Below, one piece after another: positions 23,541-36,800 of a stretch of DNA of 64,000 bases. This DNA is from Macrostomum lignano. Lineage: Eukaryota. Within the stretch, counting starts at the first letter, position 1. Every line of letters begins with the position of its first letter. Position numbers and translations under genes: made by a program. The notes under the pieces were generated by a model that worked only from the letters and a program-made list of their open reading frames with translations, had not been told where the DNA came from and did no database searches. The stretch spans positions 1 through 64,000 of the forward strand of contig NIVC01002256.1 of NCBI GenBank assembly GCA_002269645.1, in the 5' to 3' direction.

Positions 23541-24422
23541 GGCCATCATCAGTGCAGGTCAAACATCAGGAAAAGACTTATTCATATCAAAAGATTGTCC
23601 ATCACATGACCTTGAGCTTCGTGTATGTCGAAACAAATTTAGAGAATAACGCAAGCACAAAAATTTGAGAATATCAAATTGCAATTGCTTCTGCTTTTAA
23701 ACCGTTCTATTCTTCTGCAATTGAGAACTGGACATGCAAAGACGGAAACAGTTAAAACTGTGGACTATAAATTGTGTACGGTCGTGTGAAATCGTCAAAG
23801 CTTGAAAATTTTATCGGCGACTGAATGTACATGTAGGTGATGCATCGCTGAAAATACTACTGCTTACTTGCACTCAATCAGTTTGGTTAATTGCACTCAA
23901 TCCTGATTCAGTTTGCAGTTTGCATGCAAGGCTCAAGCTAGTATTAAATCAATAATTCCGTTCGTATCTTTAAAATAGCGCGGACGAAATCGACGTACTG
24001 AACTTTTCTAGAATAAATTGGCCTGGAAGTCTTCAACATGAAAAACTTAATTGACGCTTGCAGCACCAAAATAAAAGTAGTATAATCAGGTAATCTAGCG
24101 TTTTTTGTAGAAATTCTACTAGTACCCGTTAGATTATTGGTAATGAGTGTTTAAATTAATTACTTCGCGGCAACTCAATATATGTTGTACAAGGACTACT
24201 AGCCTATAACGAAGTGAATTCCTAGTGGTTTTTGATGTTGTACTTTACGTAGCCCTATGCAGTTAGGACTTTCGAATTTCACGGTTTGTTGAATTAGGCT
24301 TCAGTATGCTTAATTAATCTAGATCATAGGTAGAAACTTCCTTTTTCATGTGTAGCTAAGAAACTATATTTTCATTAAAGAACAGCTTCCACGGCCTTCA
24401 CCTCCCCTTTAAGAAAGTCTAT

Positions 24423-24665
24423 CCGTAGCCTTAGTGCTAAATTGGAATCTCGGCTTGACTCTGCTCGTGCAATTAACGCCCTTGAGGACTAACCCCTAAG
24501 GTACAGTGAAGTGTACATGCCTAACGATAAATAAAGTCAGGACCGCTGTACACTCCTGTTTGAGTGTGTGCCTGCGCGTATGACTGCTCAGGGAAGTCGG
24601 CGGAATGGGTAGTAATGCGTCTCTCGCCGGTTGTGTGACAAGGTCGCTTAAAGTGCGCCCTAGCC
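24423..24665 (+). mobile_element. SINE copy (head mostly deleted), same family as 53790-54146
   Basis: AATTGGAATCTCGGCTT..CAGTGAAGTGTACATGCCTAACGATAA..CGGCGGAATGGG..CGCTTAAAGTGCGCC matches the reverse complement of 53820-54070. Confidence 0.75.
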
Positions 24666-24732
24666 CTGCCTCTAGTTCAAAACTTTTAACCAATATCTCT
24701 CACTAGCCCGCGAGTACTCATGGCTACTCAGA

Positions 24733-26473
24733 TCACACCACGGTCGGCTTGCGGTACAGATGCTCGTGTGAGAAGTCCCTGTCGACCGAATGGCCATCCT
24801 CCATCGACCGATCCGGCAGCGTGGCGTCGCTGAGCCACTTCAGGAAAGTTTCCTTCACGACCTCGGCTGTCACAATGTCGCCAGAGTTCTTATTGACCAC
24901 AGACAGCATGAAGTGACCGTCGGTGCGCAAAAAATCGCTGACAAATTTGGGCTCGTGTTCCCGGATCCGCTGGAACCGTTCGGTTGGTTTCGGGTTCATG
25001 TCGAGGTTCTCGGCAATCTTCAGGTACTTCTTGATGGCTCGGTGCCGGCTCGGGCTGAGCAGTAGCTGCAGCAGCCAGCGGCTGGCGGACACGACGCTGA
25101 GGGTCAGCAGGATGACCACCCAGAACCAGATGGCGATGTAGAACTTCTCGTTCAGCATGTTGACGGGCAGCACGCACTGCAGGGTGTACTGTCGGGGCTC
25201 CCCGACATTCCTAGTCTCGAACTGGCAGTAGGTGACCCTGGGGAACACGTTGCTGCTCTGCCAGGTGCGGTTGTTGGCGATGTCGCTGAGAATCTGCAGC
25301 CCGAACGAGGTGATGTTGAGCCCCAGGAAGCTGCGCATGAGGTACAGCTGACCGATGCAGTTGGCCACGTAGCAGGACTTCACGAAGATGTAGGTGAAGG
25401 CGAAGTACATCGAGAAAGCTGGCTTGCCGAATAGGAACGAAGCGAAACGTTTGCAGCAGTCTTTGTTTCTGTAGCGGCTCCTGTACCGAATGAACTTGAG
25501 CAGCGAGTCTGAGAGGAAAGCGATTTTTTTCTGCCTCTCGTCCGGCCCCGAGCTGTCAGCCTCAACGTTGCGAGTCTGCAGTGCCAGTTGGCGCATGTCA
25601 ATGCCGACATTCGTGCTGAGCAGTAGCCAGATGAGATGCGGCACGTAAAACAGAGCCGCCTGCGCCATCAGGATGAATGGCACCCACTGGTAGTAGTCTG
25701 TGCGGCGTGTTGCAATCGGATTTGTTTTTGGTTATTGTCGTACATTTCTAGATCTCACGGAGACACATGGTGAGTTTGGTAGTGTTTGGGTTGATAAGAA
25801 ATTAGGGGTTTGGGGAAGCTTGGAGAGCGGGGTCTTTTTGGGGGTAGGAAAGTACGGTTTTCAGGGGTTAGGAAGGTGGGGTTTTCAAGGGGTTGGAAAG
25901 TGGGGTTTTTAAGCGGTAGGAAAATGGGGTATTGCGGGGGTAGGAAAGTGGCCTTTTCAGGGGGTAGGAAAGTGGGGTTTTGAATGGGTAGGAAAGTGGG
26001 GTTTTAAGAGGGTAGGAAAGTGGGGTTTTAAGAGGGTAGGAAAGTGGTGTTTTTAGGGGGTTAGGAAAGTGGGATTTTCCGAAAGTTAGGAAAGTGGGGT
26101 TTCAGGGGGGTAGGAACTTTTGGCTAATTTAAGTTACCAAAGAAAGTACACACAATTAGGGCAACTCACATATGGTTCGGCCTTCGCCAGGATTTTTGCC
26201 GTGATGAATTGGCACAGTAGGGTCGTAATAAAATGTGTTCTCCACCCAGCAGTAGTTCTCCGCGTACTCCATTCTGTTGTCGTCCAGTTCTATGAGATTC
26301 CAGCACTGAATGGGCTCGAAGACGTACTGCTTCATGCCGACCACGGTGGCAATTGCAAGCAACAGTGCCGGGGTGACCACGTAGTTGAGCCGGTCGAAGT
26401 AATCTTCTGCACCTTTGGGAGTAGCCTTGGCTGATCCCGCCAGCTTGCGAAAGCTGTCGATGTAGCCGTCCAT
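24733..26473 (-). CDS. inx: Innexin (invertebrate gap-junction protein), 422 aa, 2 exons
   Basis: Exons 26473-26170 and 25697-24733 (GT-AG, phase 1). Motifs: EDYFDRLNY, QYVFEPIQCW, YAENYCWVENT, YYYQWVPFILMAQAALFYVPHLIW, FPRVTYCQF, QCVLPVNMLNEKFYIAIWFW. Confidence 0.96.
25800..26118. repeat. G-rich ~23-bp repeat (GGGGTAGGAAAGTGGGGTTTT) in the innexin intron
   Basis: Direct periodicity with many G4-G5 runs. Confidence 0.85.
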
Positions 26474-26579
26474 TGCGGGCTAGTGATGATGCTGACGAAC
26501 TTCACCTGCTTGATGAAGATGATCAGAGATTGGGCAAAATAATCCTTTTTAATGTAGATGCCGAATGTGCTCCGATCCT

Positions 26580-27120
26580 CTTAGGAACTGAGTGAGGAGT
26601 CACATAAACTTCCTTAGGAACTGGGTGAAGAGTCACATAAACTCCCTTAGGAACTGGGTGAAGAGTCACATAAACTCCCTTAGGAACTGGGTGAAGAGTC
26701 ACATAAACTCCCTTAGGAACTGGGTGAAGAGTCACATAAACTCCCTTAGGAACTGAGTGAGGAGTCACATAAACTTCCTTAGGAACTGAGTGAAGAGTCA
26801 CATAAACTCCCTTAGGAACTGAGTGAGGAGTCACATAAACTTCCTTAGGAACTGAGTGAGGAGTCACATAAACTTCCTTAGGAACTGGGTGAAGAGTCAC
26901 ATAAAGTTCATCAAGAACTGTGGAAGAGTCGCATAAACTTCCTCAAGAACTGAAAGAGTCACATAAACTTCCTCAAGAACTGAAAGAGTCACATAAACTT
27001 CCTTAGGAACTGGGTGAAGAGTCACATAAACTTCCTTAGGAACTGAGTGAGGAGTCACATAAACTTCCTTAGGAACTGAGTGAGGAGTCACATAAACTTC
27101 CTTAGGAACTGGGGAGCTAG
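26580..27120. repeat. 33-bp minisatellite (TTAGGAACTGAGTGAGGAGTCACATAAACTTCC)
   Basis: Direct periodicity (11-aa period in a spurious ORF). Confidence 0.93.
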
Positions 27121-27567
27121 GGGTCACATAAGCATTTAAGCAACAAAATTTTGTAATAGCTTAACATACGAACTCAGTGTGTAGCTGGTAATCTCTAGTC
27201 ACACCATAGTTCAATACAAGCAGTTTTACCTCTTATGCCACCGAAGTCGGACAGGAAGTTGAACTCAAACACCCAAATGCGCAGAAACTGCCGAAAAAGT
27301 TTTAATGAGAGAATTTCAGGCAAGCGAGCAGCAGCACAGATCCTTTATGGGTGCAGCAGTTTATATGTGCCTAATTTTGCCTTTGGTGGTGTAGCGAAAC
27401 AGCCACAGGCTATGGGTTGCCTATGCAGACTATATATAAATATACATTGCAGGCTTAATGTATAAACACGCGGCTCCGACCCCTCCGAGGCTTGGGGGTA
27501 TGGCGATGGCATCACCGAGTATCGAGTTTCCGATGCACATTGCTTTCTTAAAATCTTCTTTGTAAAG

Positions 27568-27775
27568 CTCTGTAGCTGGCGCCCCCTCTGTAGCTGGCGC
27601 CCCCTCTGTAGCTGGCGCCCCCTCTGTAGCTGGCGCCCCCTCTGTAGCTGGCGCCCCCTCTGTAGCTGGCGCCCCCTCTGTAGCTGGCGCCCCCTCTGTA
27701 GCTGGCGCCCCCTCTGTAGCTGGCGCCCCCTCTGTAGCTGGCGCCCCCTCTGTAGCTGGCGCCCTCTCTGTAGCT
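27568..27775. repeat. 18-bp minisatellite (CTGTAGCTGGCGCCCCCT), about 11 units
   Basis: Near-perfect periodicity. Confidence 0.95.
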
Positions 27776-27779
27776 GAAG

Positions 27780-28115
27780 GACATTAGAGAGGGGACATCA
27801 GAGAGGGGACATCAGAGAGGAGACAACGGAGAGGGGGCATCAGAGCGGGAACATCAGAGAGGGGACATCAGAGAGGGAACATCAGAGAGGGGACATCAGA
27901 GAGGGAACATCAGAGAGGGGACATCAGAGAGGGAACATCAGAGAGGGGACATCAGAGAGGGAACATCAGAGAGGGGACATCAGAGAGGGGACATCAGAGG
28001 AGATATCAGAGAGGGAACATCAGAGGGGGCATCAGAGAGGGGCATCAGAGAGGGGCATTAGAGAGGGGACATCAGGAGGGAACATCAGAGGGGACATCAG
28101 AGAGGGGCATCAAAG
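27780..28115. repeat. 14-bp minisatellite (ACATCAGAGAGGGG)
   Basis: Direct periodicity; abuts the 18-bp array. Confidence 0.9.
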
Positions 28116-28704
28116 ATTAGACGATTCTAAAAAGCCATGTAGGCACAGCATTATAAGCAGAGCAGGTGTTGATGCTATCCAGTAAATAATGTGTTGCCAC
28201 CGGACTGAACCCATCGCTTCTGAAGGACGATAGCTCTGACCGGATATGCCCATCGGTTTTGCTGCTAAAATATGCTAAGCTACACTAAGCCACAGCAACA
28301 CTGAGGTCCACTGTTTTGCATTCGATCGCACAAGTAATTTCCTGCTTACGTGAAGCTGCACCAACTGCCTTGCAATTTCGCAACGAATTGAATAAGAAAC
28401 ATTAGAAAAAAGGTTGTTGTACTTAGGAAGAAAACCTTTAAGAGGCTGCTTTTTGTTAGAATTTCGAGATACAACAGTTGGTTTTTTTAAATACTACTTA
28501 CATAAGTAGTTTCAAATCATATTTGGAGCAACTTAATTATTATTTAAGAAAATTAGGAGTTTCTACGAGTTTCTAGTATGAAAGAAAATCAATAAGTAAT
28601 CAAATAATCAATGAAAATCAATGAGTAATCAAATAATCAATGAAAATCTATGAGTAATCAAATAATCCATGAAAATCAATGAGTATGAAACTCAACGTTA
28701 AATC

Positions 28705-29110
28705 GTATCTCTCCCCTCTCTCACTCCCACCCTCTCCTTCTCACCCTCTCCTTCTCACCCTCTCCTTCTCACCCTCTCCTTCTCACCCTCTCCTTCTCAC
28801 CCTCTCCTTCTCACCCTCTCCTTCTCACCCTCTCCTTCTCACCCTCTCCTTCTCACCCTCTCCTTCTCACCCTCTCCTTCTCACCCTCTCCTTCTCACCC
28901 TCTCCTTCTCACCCTCTCCTTCTCACCCTCTCCTTCTCACCCTCTCCTTCTCACCCTCTCCTTCTCACCCTCTCCTTCTCACCCTCTCCTTCTCACCCTC
29001 TCCTTCTCACCCTCTCCTTCTCACCCTCTCCTTCTCACCCTCTCCTTCTTTTCCTTCTCTTACCCTCTCTTCACCCTCTCCTCGCACTACATCTCTCTCC
29101 TTCTCTCTTT
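28705..29110. repeat. 14-bp pyrimidine-rich minisatellite (TCACCCTCTCCTTC)
   Basis: About 22 near-perfect units with pyrimidine-rich flanks. Confidence 0.95.
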
Positions 29111-29419
29111 TCCCGCCCCGCTCTCAAGCAGCACAGGCCGTGCGAGCTGCACTCGCATTATCTGATGTTGACATTCGGCTGGATGGCGCGAAGCAGGCAA
29201 ACTGATAATTAATTATTTATATTTCTGTATGAACATTCGAAATTGAAAAAGGAGGCTTCGAGCACAGGAAATGGAAAATCTGGGGTTCATTAGCAGAGCT
29301 TGTTTCAAAGGCCGGTGAAAAATAACGGAATTAATTAGCAAATCGCAAATAGTTGGAAAAAGGAGAAAGGTTGCGTACATATATAAAGATTGAGAGATGA
29401 GACTGTGATAGAAAGCTTC

Positions 29420-30600
29420 TCGTCTCTTGTTTCTCATATCCTGTTTCTCATGTCCTGTTTCTTATACCCTGTTTCTCATCTCCTGTTTCTTATACCCTGT
29501 TTCTCATCTCTGTTTCTCATATCCTGTTTCTCATATCCTGTTTCTCATATCCTGTTTCTCATATCCTGTTTCTCATATCCTGTTTCTCATATCCTGTTTC
29601 TTATATCCTGTTTCTCATCTCCTGTTTCTCATATCATGTTTCTCATCTCCTGTTTCTCATCTCCTGTTTCTCATCTCTTGTTTCTCATATCCTGTTTCTC
29701 ATCTCCTGTTTCTCATCTCCTGTTTCTCAGGTCCTGTTTCTCATCTCCTGTTTCTCATCTCATGTTTCTCATATCCTGTTTCTCATATCCTGTTTCTCAT
29801 ATCCTGTTTCTCATCTCCTGTTTCTCATATCCTGTTTCTCATATTCCGTTTCTCGTATCCTGTTTCTCATGTCCTGTTTCTTATACCCTGTTTCTCATCT
29901 CCTGTTTCTCATGTCCTGTTTCTCATCTCCTGTTTCTCATGTCCTGTTTCTCAGGTCCTGTTTCTCATCTCCTGTTTCTCATATCCTGTTTCTCATCTCC
30001 TGTTTCTTATATCCTGTTTCTTATACCCTGTTTCTCATCTCCTGTTTCTCATGTCCTGTTTCTCATCTCCTGTTTCTCATGTCCTGTTTCTCAGGTCCTG
30101 TTTCTCATCTCCTGTTTCTCATCTCCTGTTTCTCATATCATGTTTCTCATCTCTGTTTCTCATATCCTGTTTCTCATATCCTGTTTCTCATATCCTGTTT
30201 CTCATATCCTGTTTCTCATATCCTGTTTCTCATATCCTGTTTCTCATATCCTGTTTCTCATATCCTGTTTCTCATATCCTGTTTCTCATCTCCTGTTTCT
30301 CATATCCTGTTTCTTATACCCTGTTTCTCATCTCCTGTTTCTCATGTCCTGTTTCTAATCTCCTGTTTCTCATGTCCTGTTTCTCAGGTCCTGTTTCTCA
30401 TCTCCTGTTTCTCATCTCATGTTTCTCATATCATGTTTCTCATCTCTGTTTCTCATATCCTGTTTCTCATATCCTGTTTCTCATATCCTGTTTCTCATAT
30501 CCTGTTTCTCATCTCCTGTTTCTTATCTTCTGTTTCTCATAAATCATTTTCTTATATCTCAGTTTCTCATAGATCGGTTTCTCATCCCCAGTTTCTCATG
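29420..30600. repeat. 14-bp minisatellite (TGTTTCTCATATCC) with recurrent variant blocks
   Basis: Direct periodicity; variant runs (TTATACCC, CATGTCC, CAGGTCC) recur near 29880, 30020 and 30310. Confidence 0.95.
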
Positions 30601-31317
30601 TTATATTTCTCATCGCAGAGCAGCGCAGCAAGAGTGCAGCAGCTGTGCATGCAATAGCAAACAGTTGATAAGCGCTTAGCCTAAAACCCTTGGGGCTCGG
30701 CCTCTCTTTTTCTCAGAAAATAAAATGGTCTGAGATGTCGCATTGGCGGTCCCAGGCTCTCAGCATTGGCAAAAAGACGCACACAATGCTTGGGACATAT
30801 CCTGTATATCCTTAATCCCTTTTTCGTCTCTTCCCCCACAGAGTGGTCAGCAGTTCAAGAAGGCTCAGTGGCTCACTCCCCCCCTTCTGGCCTGAGAAGC
30901 CAGGACCAGCTCAGAGCGATCTCGCTTCCTTCCCCCAATTTTTCTGGGGCGTTTTGGTGTGTCTGGGCAGGGAGTTCTACAGCGAAACAGCCCCCTCAGA
31001 AATCAGTTACCAATCCAGATATCTATAGCTTGTGGCGTCCCTGGCAGTGCAGAGTGCGGGCGGCAGCGGCTTTGCTGCCAATGAAGAAGTTTTCAGCAAA
31101 ATCCTCAATCGATCGAAGAGCCACAAAAATTAGTAAATCCCCTATTTTGAGCCGTTCCCCCAATTCTGCCTCTTCCATAACCCTAACGGAGTGTAGCAGC
31201 CCCGGCCGAAGCTGCAGAAATCTCCAAGTCTGCTTAATCCGAGGCGGATTAAGTCAGGCACGTTGCCAGGAGGAGGGGGTGCAAAGAGGGGCCGCCTCCC
31301 CAATAGGCTGGCAAAAA

Positions 31318-32140
31318 TTTTGGCGCCAACTTGACATCTGATTTGGCGCCAACTTGACATCTGATTTGGCGCCAACTTGATATCTGATTTGGCGCCAACT
31401 TGACATCTGATTTGGCGCCAACTTGACATCTGATTTGGCGCCAACTTGATATCTGATTTGGCGCCAACTTGACATCTGATTTGGCGCCAACTTGACATCG
31501 GATTTGGCGCCAACTTGACATCTGATTTGGCGCCAACTTGACATCTGATTTGGCGCCAACTTGACATCTGATTTGGCGCCAACTTGACATCTGATTTGGC
31601 GCCAACTTGACATCGGATTTGGCGCCAACTTGATATCTGATTTGGCGCCAACTTGACATCTGATTTGGCAGGTACAGCAGGTTTGGCGCCCCTTCACAGC
31701 AGGTTTGGCGCCCCTTCACAGCAGGTTTGGCGCCCCTTCACAGCAGGTTTGGCGCCCCTTCACAGCAGGTTTGGCGCCCCTTCACAGCAGGTTTGGCGCC
31801 CCTTCACAGCAGGTTTGGCGCCCCTTCACAGCAGGTTTGGCGCCCCTTCACAGCAGGTCCCCTGCTCCCAATTTTAGCAGTTCCCCAACAACTACTCTGG
31901 CGCCCCTTGGTGCTGGTGCCCCTTGGTGTTGGGCGCCCCTTGGTGCTGGCGCCCCTTGGTGCTGGCGCCCCTTGGTGCTGGCGCCCCTTGGTGCTGGCGC
32001 CCCTTGGTGCTGGCGCCCCTTGGTGCTGGCGCCCCTTGGTGCTGGCGCCCCTTGGTGCTGGCGCCCCTTGGTGCTGGCGCCCCTTGGTGCTGGCGCCCCT
32101 TGGTGCTGGCGCCCCTTGGTGCTGGCGCCCCTTGGTGCTA
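31318..32140. repeat. Three adjacent GGCGCC-core minisatellites (23 bp GGCGCCAACTTGACATCTGATTT; 22 bp GGCGCCCCTTCACAGCAGGTTT; 16 bp GGCGCCCCTTGGTGCT)
   Basis: Direct periodicity at about 31320-31670, 31680-31858 and 31900-32140. Confidence 0.95.
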
Positions 32141-32551
32141 AGCCAGACAGGCTCTGCTCACATCCAGCCAGCGCATTGAAGCAGCAAAGAAATCTCCTTT
32201 CAACCAAGACAAGCATTTTTCGGACAGGATATCTGTCTGGGAACTTGATTTAAAATGGGTTCAGCCTTGACTTGGCTGCAAGAGCGCAAAGTGCTTGTGC
32301 ATCTGGGCTGATCCAATTCTCCGATGAGGCCCCACACAGTGAGGGGTTAACGAGCGAGCGAGTGTAGAAATTGCATACCCAAATTCTGTAGCTGGCGGGG
32401 GTGAGCCCGTGTCCCAGAGGGAGACTGGAAATTGATGAGGAGATGAGGACATTGAGCAAGATCACTTTACTCAACTCCCCCCTGACTCTCAGACATTCAT
32501 GAGTAGAAACACATTACGAGAAGCAGTCACTTTCACTGACTTGAAATTTCA

Positions 32552-32751
<200 letters not shown>

Positions 32752-33853
32752 CCATTTTCCAGTGGCAGAGTCGATCTTCTATCCATGATCCCAGGTCGGT
32801 GGGATTTCCAATCTCATGCACCAGCAACCCAATCCCTAAAAGAGGCTTTCTTTTCGTAGCTATCGACCCCCAATGATACGCGACTTTGAGGGGAAAGCTG
32901 CAAAGCTCGGGAATGCCAGCGGACCGTTTATCAGTGATTAATCGGACCGAGTATAAAAGCCAGGGAAAATTCCGTCCCTCCGTCTGCCCTCGCCTCCTCC
33001 GATCTCCTTCTAGTTTTCAGTCCTATCGTGGGGATTTGGACGAACCCAAGGAGGCGTACGAACTTTGCAGAAGCAGCGGCAGCAGCAGCAACTACCGAAG
33101 CAGAGCTGGAGCTTCACTTCAAGAAGAGAGGAACATTAGAAGCCTTCTTCCTGAACAGAAGGGACAGAGCTTAGAAAGGCAAATAAAGGGGGCCCACCAC
33201 AGGGAGGAGTGCGCGCGCAGAGGGACTACAGCCGAACCCAGAAGAGCAAACACTGCCCAAGCGGACTGACGCTAGGACCATCCCCCCCCCACACACGCGC
33301 CAATCGGACGAGATTTCAGCCTTGAAATAGTGGATTGGAGGCGAGGTGTAGTCTGCCTGCGCCGGGGTTGGGATATTTTGCCGGGCCAAGTTGCAGACTT
33401 TCCGCTCCGCCGGGCAAGCAGCCGCATAGCCGCTTCGCTGTCCCTCGGCAGCAGTTCCAGACCTTTTCCTGACCGACTGTCTGCGTCTCTTGCCTGCGAA
33501 CAGAGGTGGGGGCCTGAATCCGGCGTGAACTCTTGGACTGGGAGAAAGTGAAAGGAAGAAAAGAACACAGGGCATATATTAGCAGGAGGGACGATGGCCA
33601 GTAGTGTCGGTTGTGGCTTGTTCGTGTCCAGCAGCTCTAGCAGGGTTGTGTGCAGCATTTCCGAACATCTGCCTGTCCAGCAGCAGCAACAACCGACTAC
33701 AGCAGCAAGGTAATTACTGTTTCTTCTATTGAAGGTAAACATGACGCAACTGATTTTCACTGTTTGTCACTCCAAATCTGCAGAAGTTTCATCGAGCCGT
33801 TTCGACAGGGCCTCTTGCAGCAGCGAAGGCAGAAACGAAACCGCACCAGCGTC

Positions 33854-36800
33854 ATGGAGCCGTTCCGGCAGACCCCGCAACTCCCGCCGCCCCCGCCGCC
33901 GCCCCCGCCGCCGCCCCCGCCGCCTTCAGTGTCCTACCAGGTGCATCCTCCGCCAAGCGTCTCGGAAATAGCTCGATCATCAGCTTCTGCCAACACCGGG
34001 GGACTCTTCGAGGCTGTGGCTGCCTTTCTTCAGCAGGCTGATGACTTTGACGGCAACGATGAGGTCTCGCCTGGATCGTGGAATCTCCAGGAATCGTCGG
34101 AGCAGCAGCAGAAGCAGAAGAGTACTATGACTCGACAAAAGACTGAGCCGTCCGAGTTCAGCTCAGAGACTCGAAAGTCTTTCGTGTTTTCTTCGCACCG
34201 TCTGCGCACCGCCAAGGCCTTTTTGGACAATTCAACTTTTCACGGCCTTTGGCGAGTGCAGCCGAGCGCAAATAAGCAGAATTTGCTAAGCAGAAAGATG
34301 CACCTGCTGTGGACACTGATTGTCATTGCCACAATCAGCTGCCTATGGCTGCACGTCTACAAACAGGTGTCACGCTACTTCAAATACCCGCTGCAATCGT
34401 CTACTCGCGAGATTTTGAACGACTTTCACTTTCCCAGCGTCACAATTTGCGAAGCCTGGCAGATGAAATTCTTCAAAGACAATTACAAAAGTGTCTCTCT
34501 TCGCCTAGCCAACGAGCCTGAAGACTACCTGAACATGACCTACTGGCTTTTTGATGTGCCGAAATCGGAGAATACTCTGCAGTACCTGAGCAACTCGACC
34601 GCCTACGGACTGTCGGTACTCGACTTGCTGATCGACTGCAAGCTGAACGGCCTGCCGTGCGACAAGGACTCATTCTCGGCCTTCTACCACAGGCAGTACG
34701 GAAATTGTTTCACCTTTGACGCCGAGGTCCACCACGACGAGAAACTAGGCCACTCCGGTTCCCGCGTGCACGAAGGTCTCAGCCTCATTCTGTACTCGCC
34801 ATCCTCGGATCCGTATTTCAGAAACTTCTCGGACCCAGTACCGCTGGACAGCTCCGGGGTCAGCGGCCTCGAGATTGACGGCGTATTGGTGACGGCCCAC
34901 GAAGCGAACACTGTGCCCCGGGTGAGCGAGGACTCCATCATTGCCGCGACTAGCCACGAGACCAAGATCGGCCTGAAGGAGGTTCGAACGACTCTGGTCA
35001 ACACGCCTGTCCGACCTTGCCACGAGTCGTCGAATTTTCGCGTCCACGATCACCTGGTGCCGATAGAGCGCACCTACAAGACGTCCTTGCCGGACCGGCT
35101 GGAATGGGAGGACATTGTCCAGGTGTTAAAGAGCTGCAACTGCCTCGCCAGCAGTCCAGTTGGAGTTCCAACACATCTGGCCAATTATTCTGGCGTCCGT
35201 CAGTGCGCCGACCTGTTTGACGCGCTGCGCGGCGACTTTCCGAAGTATCGAAATTTCCGTAACCACGAATGCCAGGAAAAATTCAATAGGGGCAAGTTTT
35301 CCTGTCGCGAGAAGTTGTTAAAGGAATTTCCAGCTCTGGCAAGAAACTGGGAGGAATTTCAATGCTACCAGAGGCTCACCAACCAGTCATTTCACGAGTC
35401 AGATGCCCAAGTGTTGGAAGCCGACGACCAGTGCTCATCCATCAGCTATCAGTTTCAGATTTTTACGTCCGAACTGCCTGACAGTCAGTCGGCAAGCTGG
35501 CAGTTTGGTCGCTACGATGCTAGATTAATCTTTCAGACATTTTCAACCATACTGGACAGGTGAATGAGAGATGCAGTTCTATTTTGATGTTCTCATTCTA
35601 CTCCGAATGCTTAAGTAAACACCCCGTTGCCCCAAGTCTTACAGTGGACACCCCGTTCCCCCCAAGTCTTACAGTGGACACCCCGTTACCACAAGTCTTA
35701 CAGTGGACACCCCATTACCCCAAGTCTTTCAGTGGACACCCCGTTTACCCAAGTCTTACAGTGGGGCACCCTGTTACTTCAAGTCTTTAATACAGCGAAT
35801 GTTTTAGTGCAGCGTTTAGACAAGCTGTGATGCCCAAGACTTCAGTAGACATAGCGATATCCCTTTATAATAGCAGTGTTGGGCAAGTTACTCAAAAAAA
35901 GTAACTTGCGTTACTGTAACTTAAGTTACCACTTTTTAAAAAGTAACTTACGTTAGCCTAGTAACTTTGAACAAAAACCCGGTAACTTTTAAGTTACTTC
36001 CGTTACTTACTTCCGTTACCTATGTTATAAACAAAATTTTCTGCTTTTTTAACATTGCAAATGTGCTGGAACAGCACAAATGATCGCGAAAGCCAGAAGG
36101 AAAAATACAACAAAATTAATTTCAGTAACTGTATTAAATTTTAATCACTTTAGGCCCTTTCCGTAAAAAGAAGAGAAGCTGAAGGTCAGAAACGTTAAAG
36201 GCAAAACGCAATTTAATTTTTAATAACATTATAAGTTATAATACACAAGGACAACTTAACGTAACTTCAGTTGTCCTTGATAATACATCGCTCGTAATAA
36301 GTACCTGGCTTTACTCCACTCTACAGTCTGCTTTACTAGTCTTTTTATTTTCAATTATTTGAAATTTTTTTCAATTTTTTCAATTATTTTTCAATTCATT
36401 AATATTAAATTATTGTGCAGTGCAGTGCAGTGCCAGTGGACTTTAGTGGTGTAGCCAGGGAGGCCGCCTTAACAATCGTTGGGGCGGCAACTTCACCCCA
36501 CCTGCAAGACACCCCACCAGGGGGGGGTGGGGTTGGGCGTGGCGGGTGCATGAGGCATGGCCAGCCAGGTCAACCCGCCCCCCCCCCAATTAAAATTCCT
36601 GGCTACGTCGATCACTGAGTGGATTTGTGGAGACTACAGATGAATTTCTTTCTTTGGTTGTTTGTTTCTAAGAACTAAACAAAATATTTTTATTAACTTA
36701 AAAACGAAAAGCAAAAATATTTTACCGAAAATAACAAAGTAAAAACATGTTTCAAGTATTTCTTTATTAATTACAGCGTAATACCGTATGATATTATTCA

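Noticed and set aside
23131-23562. MDSHLLDTDFD repeat ORF (143 aa)
   Set aside because: Exactly coextensive with the 21/42-bp array, with no splice or codon-usage support.
23975-24012. Helitron-like 3' motif (CGCGGACGAAATCGACG...CTAG)
   Set aside because: Poor hairpin, the base after CTAG is A rather than T, and no matching 5' TC head was found.
28679-30657. ORFs of 177-371 aa (SPSHPLLL; SYPVSHILFLISCF)
   Set aside because: 14-bp arrays lacking stop codons; not protein-like.
27548-32253. CRISPR-like appearance of GGCGCC arrays and their ORFs (YRGGAS, APNQMSSWRQ, WCWRPLVLAP)
   Set aside because: Spacers are identical within each array, there are no cas genes, and the context is eukaryotic. 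These are simple minisatellites.
32250-32480. Possible distant LINE 3' remnant (GCAGCCAAGTCAAGG on the minus strand)
   Set aside because: Only the short tail motif matches the local LINE family, and the zinc-knuckle translation is not convincing.
32886-33575. GC-rich ORFs upstream of the ENaC gene (127 aa +, 134 aa -)
   Set aside because: No recognisable domain or consistent splice path. May be 5' UTR/promoter or a decayed element.
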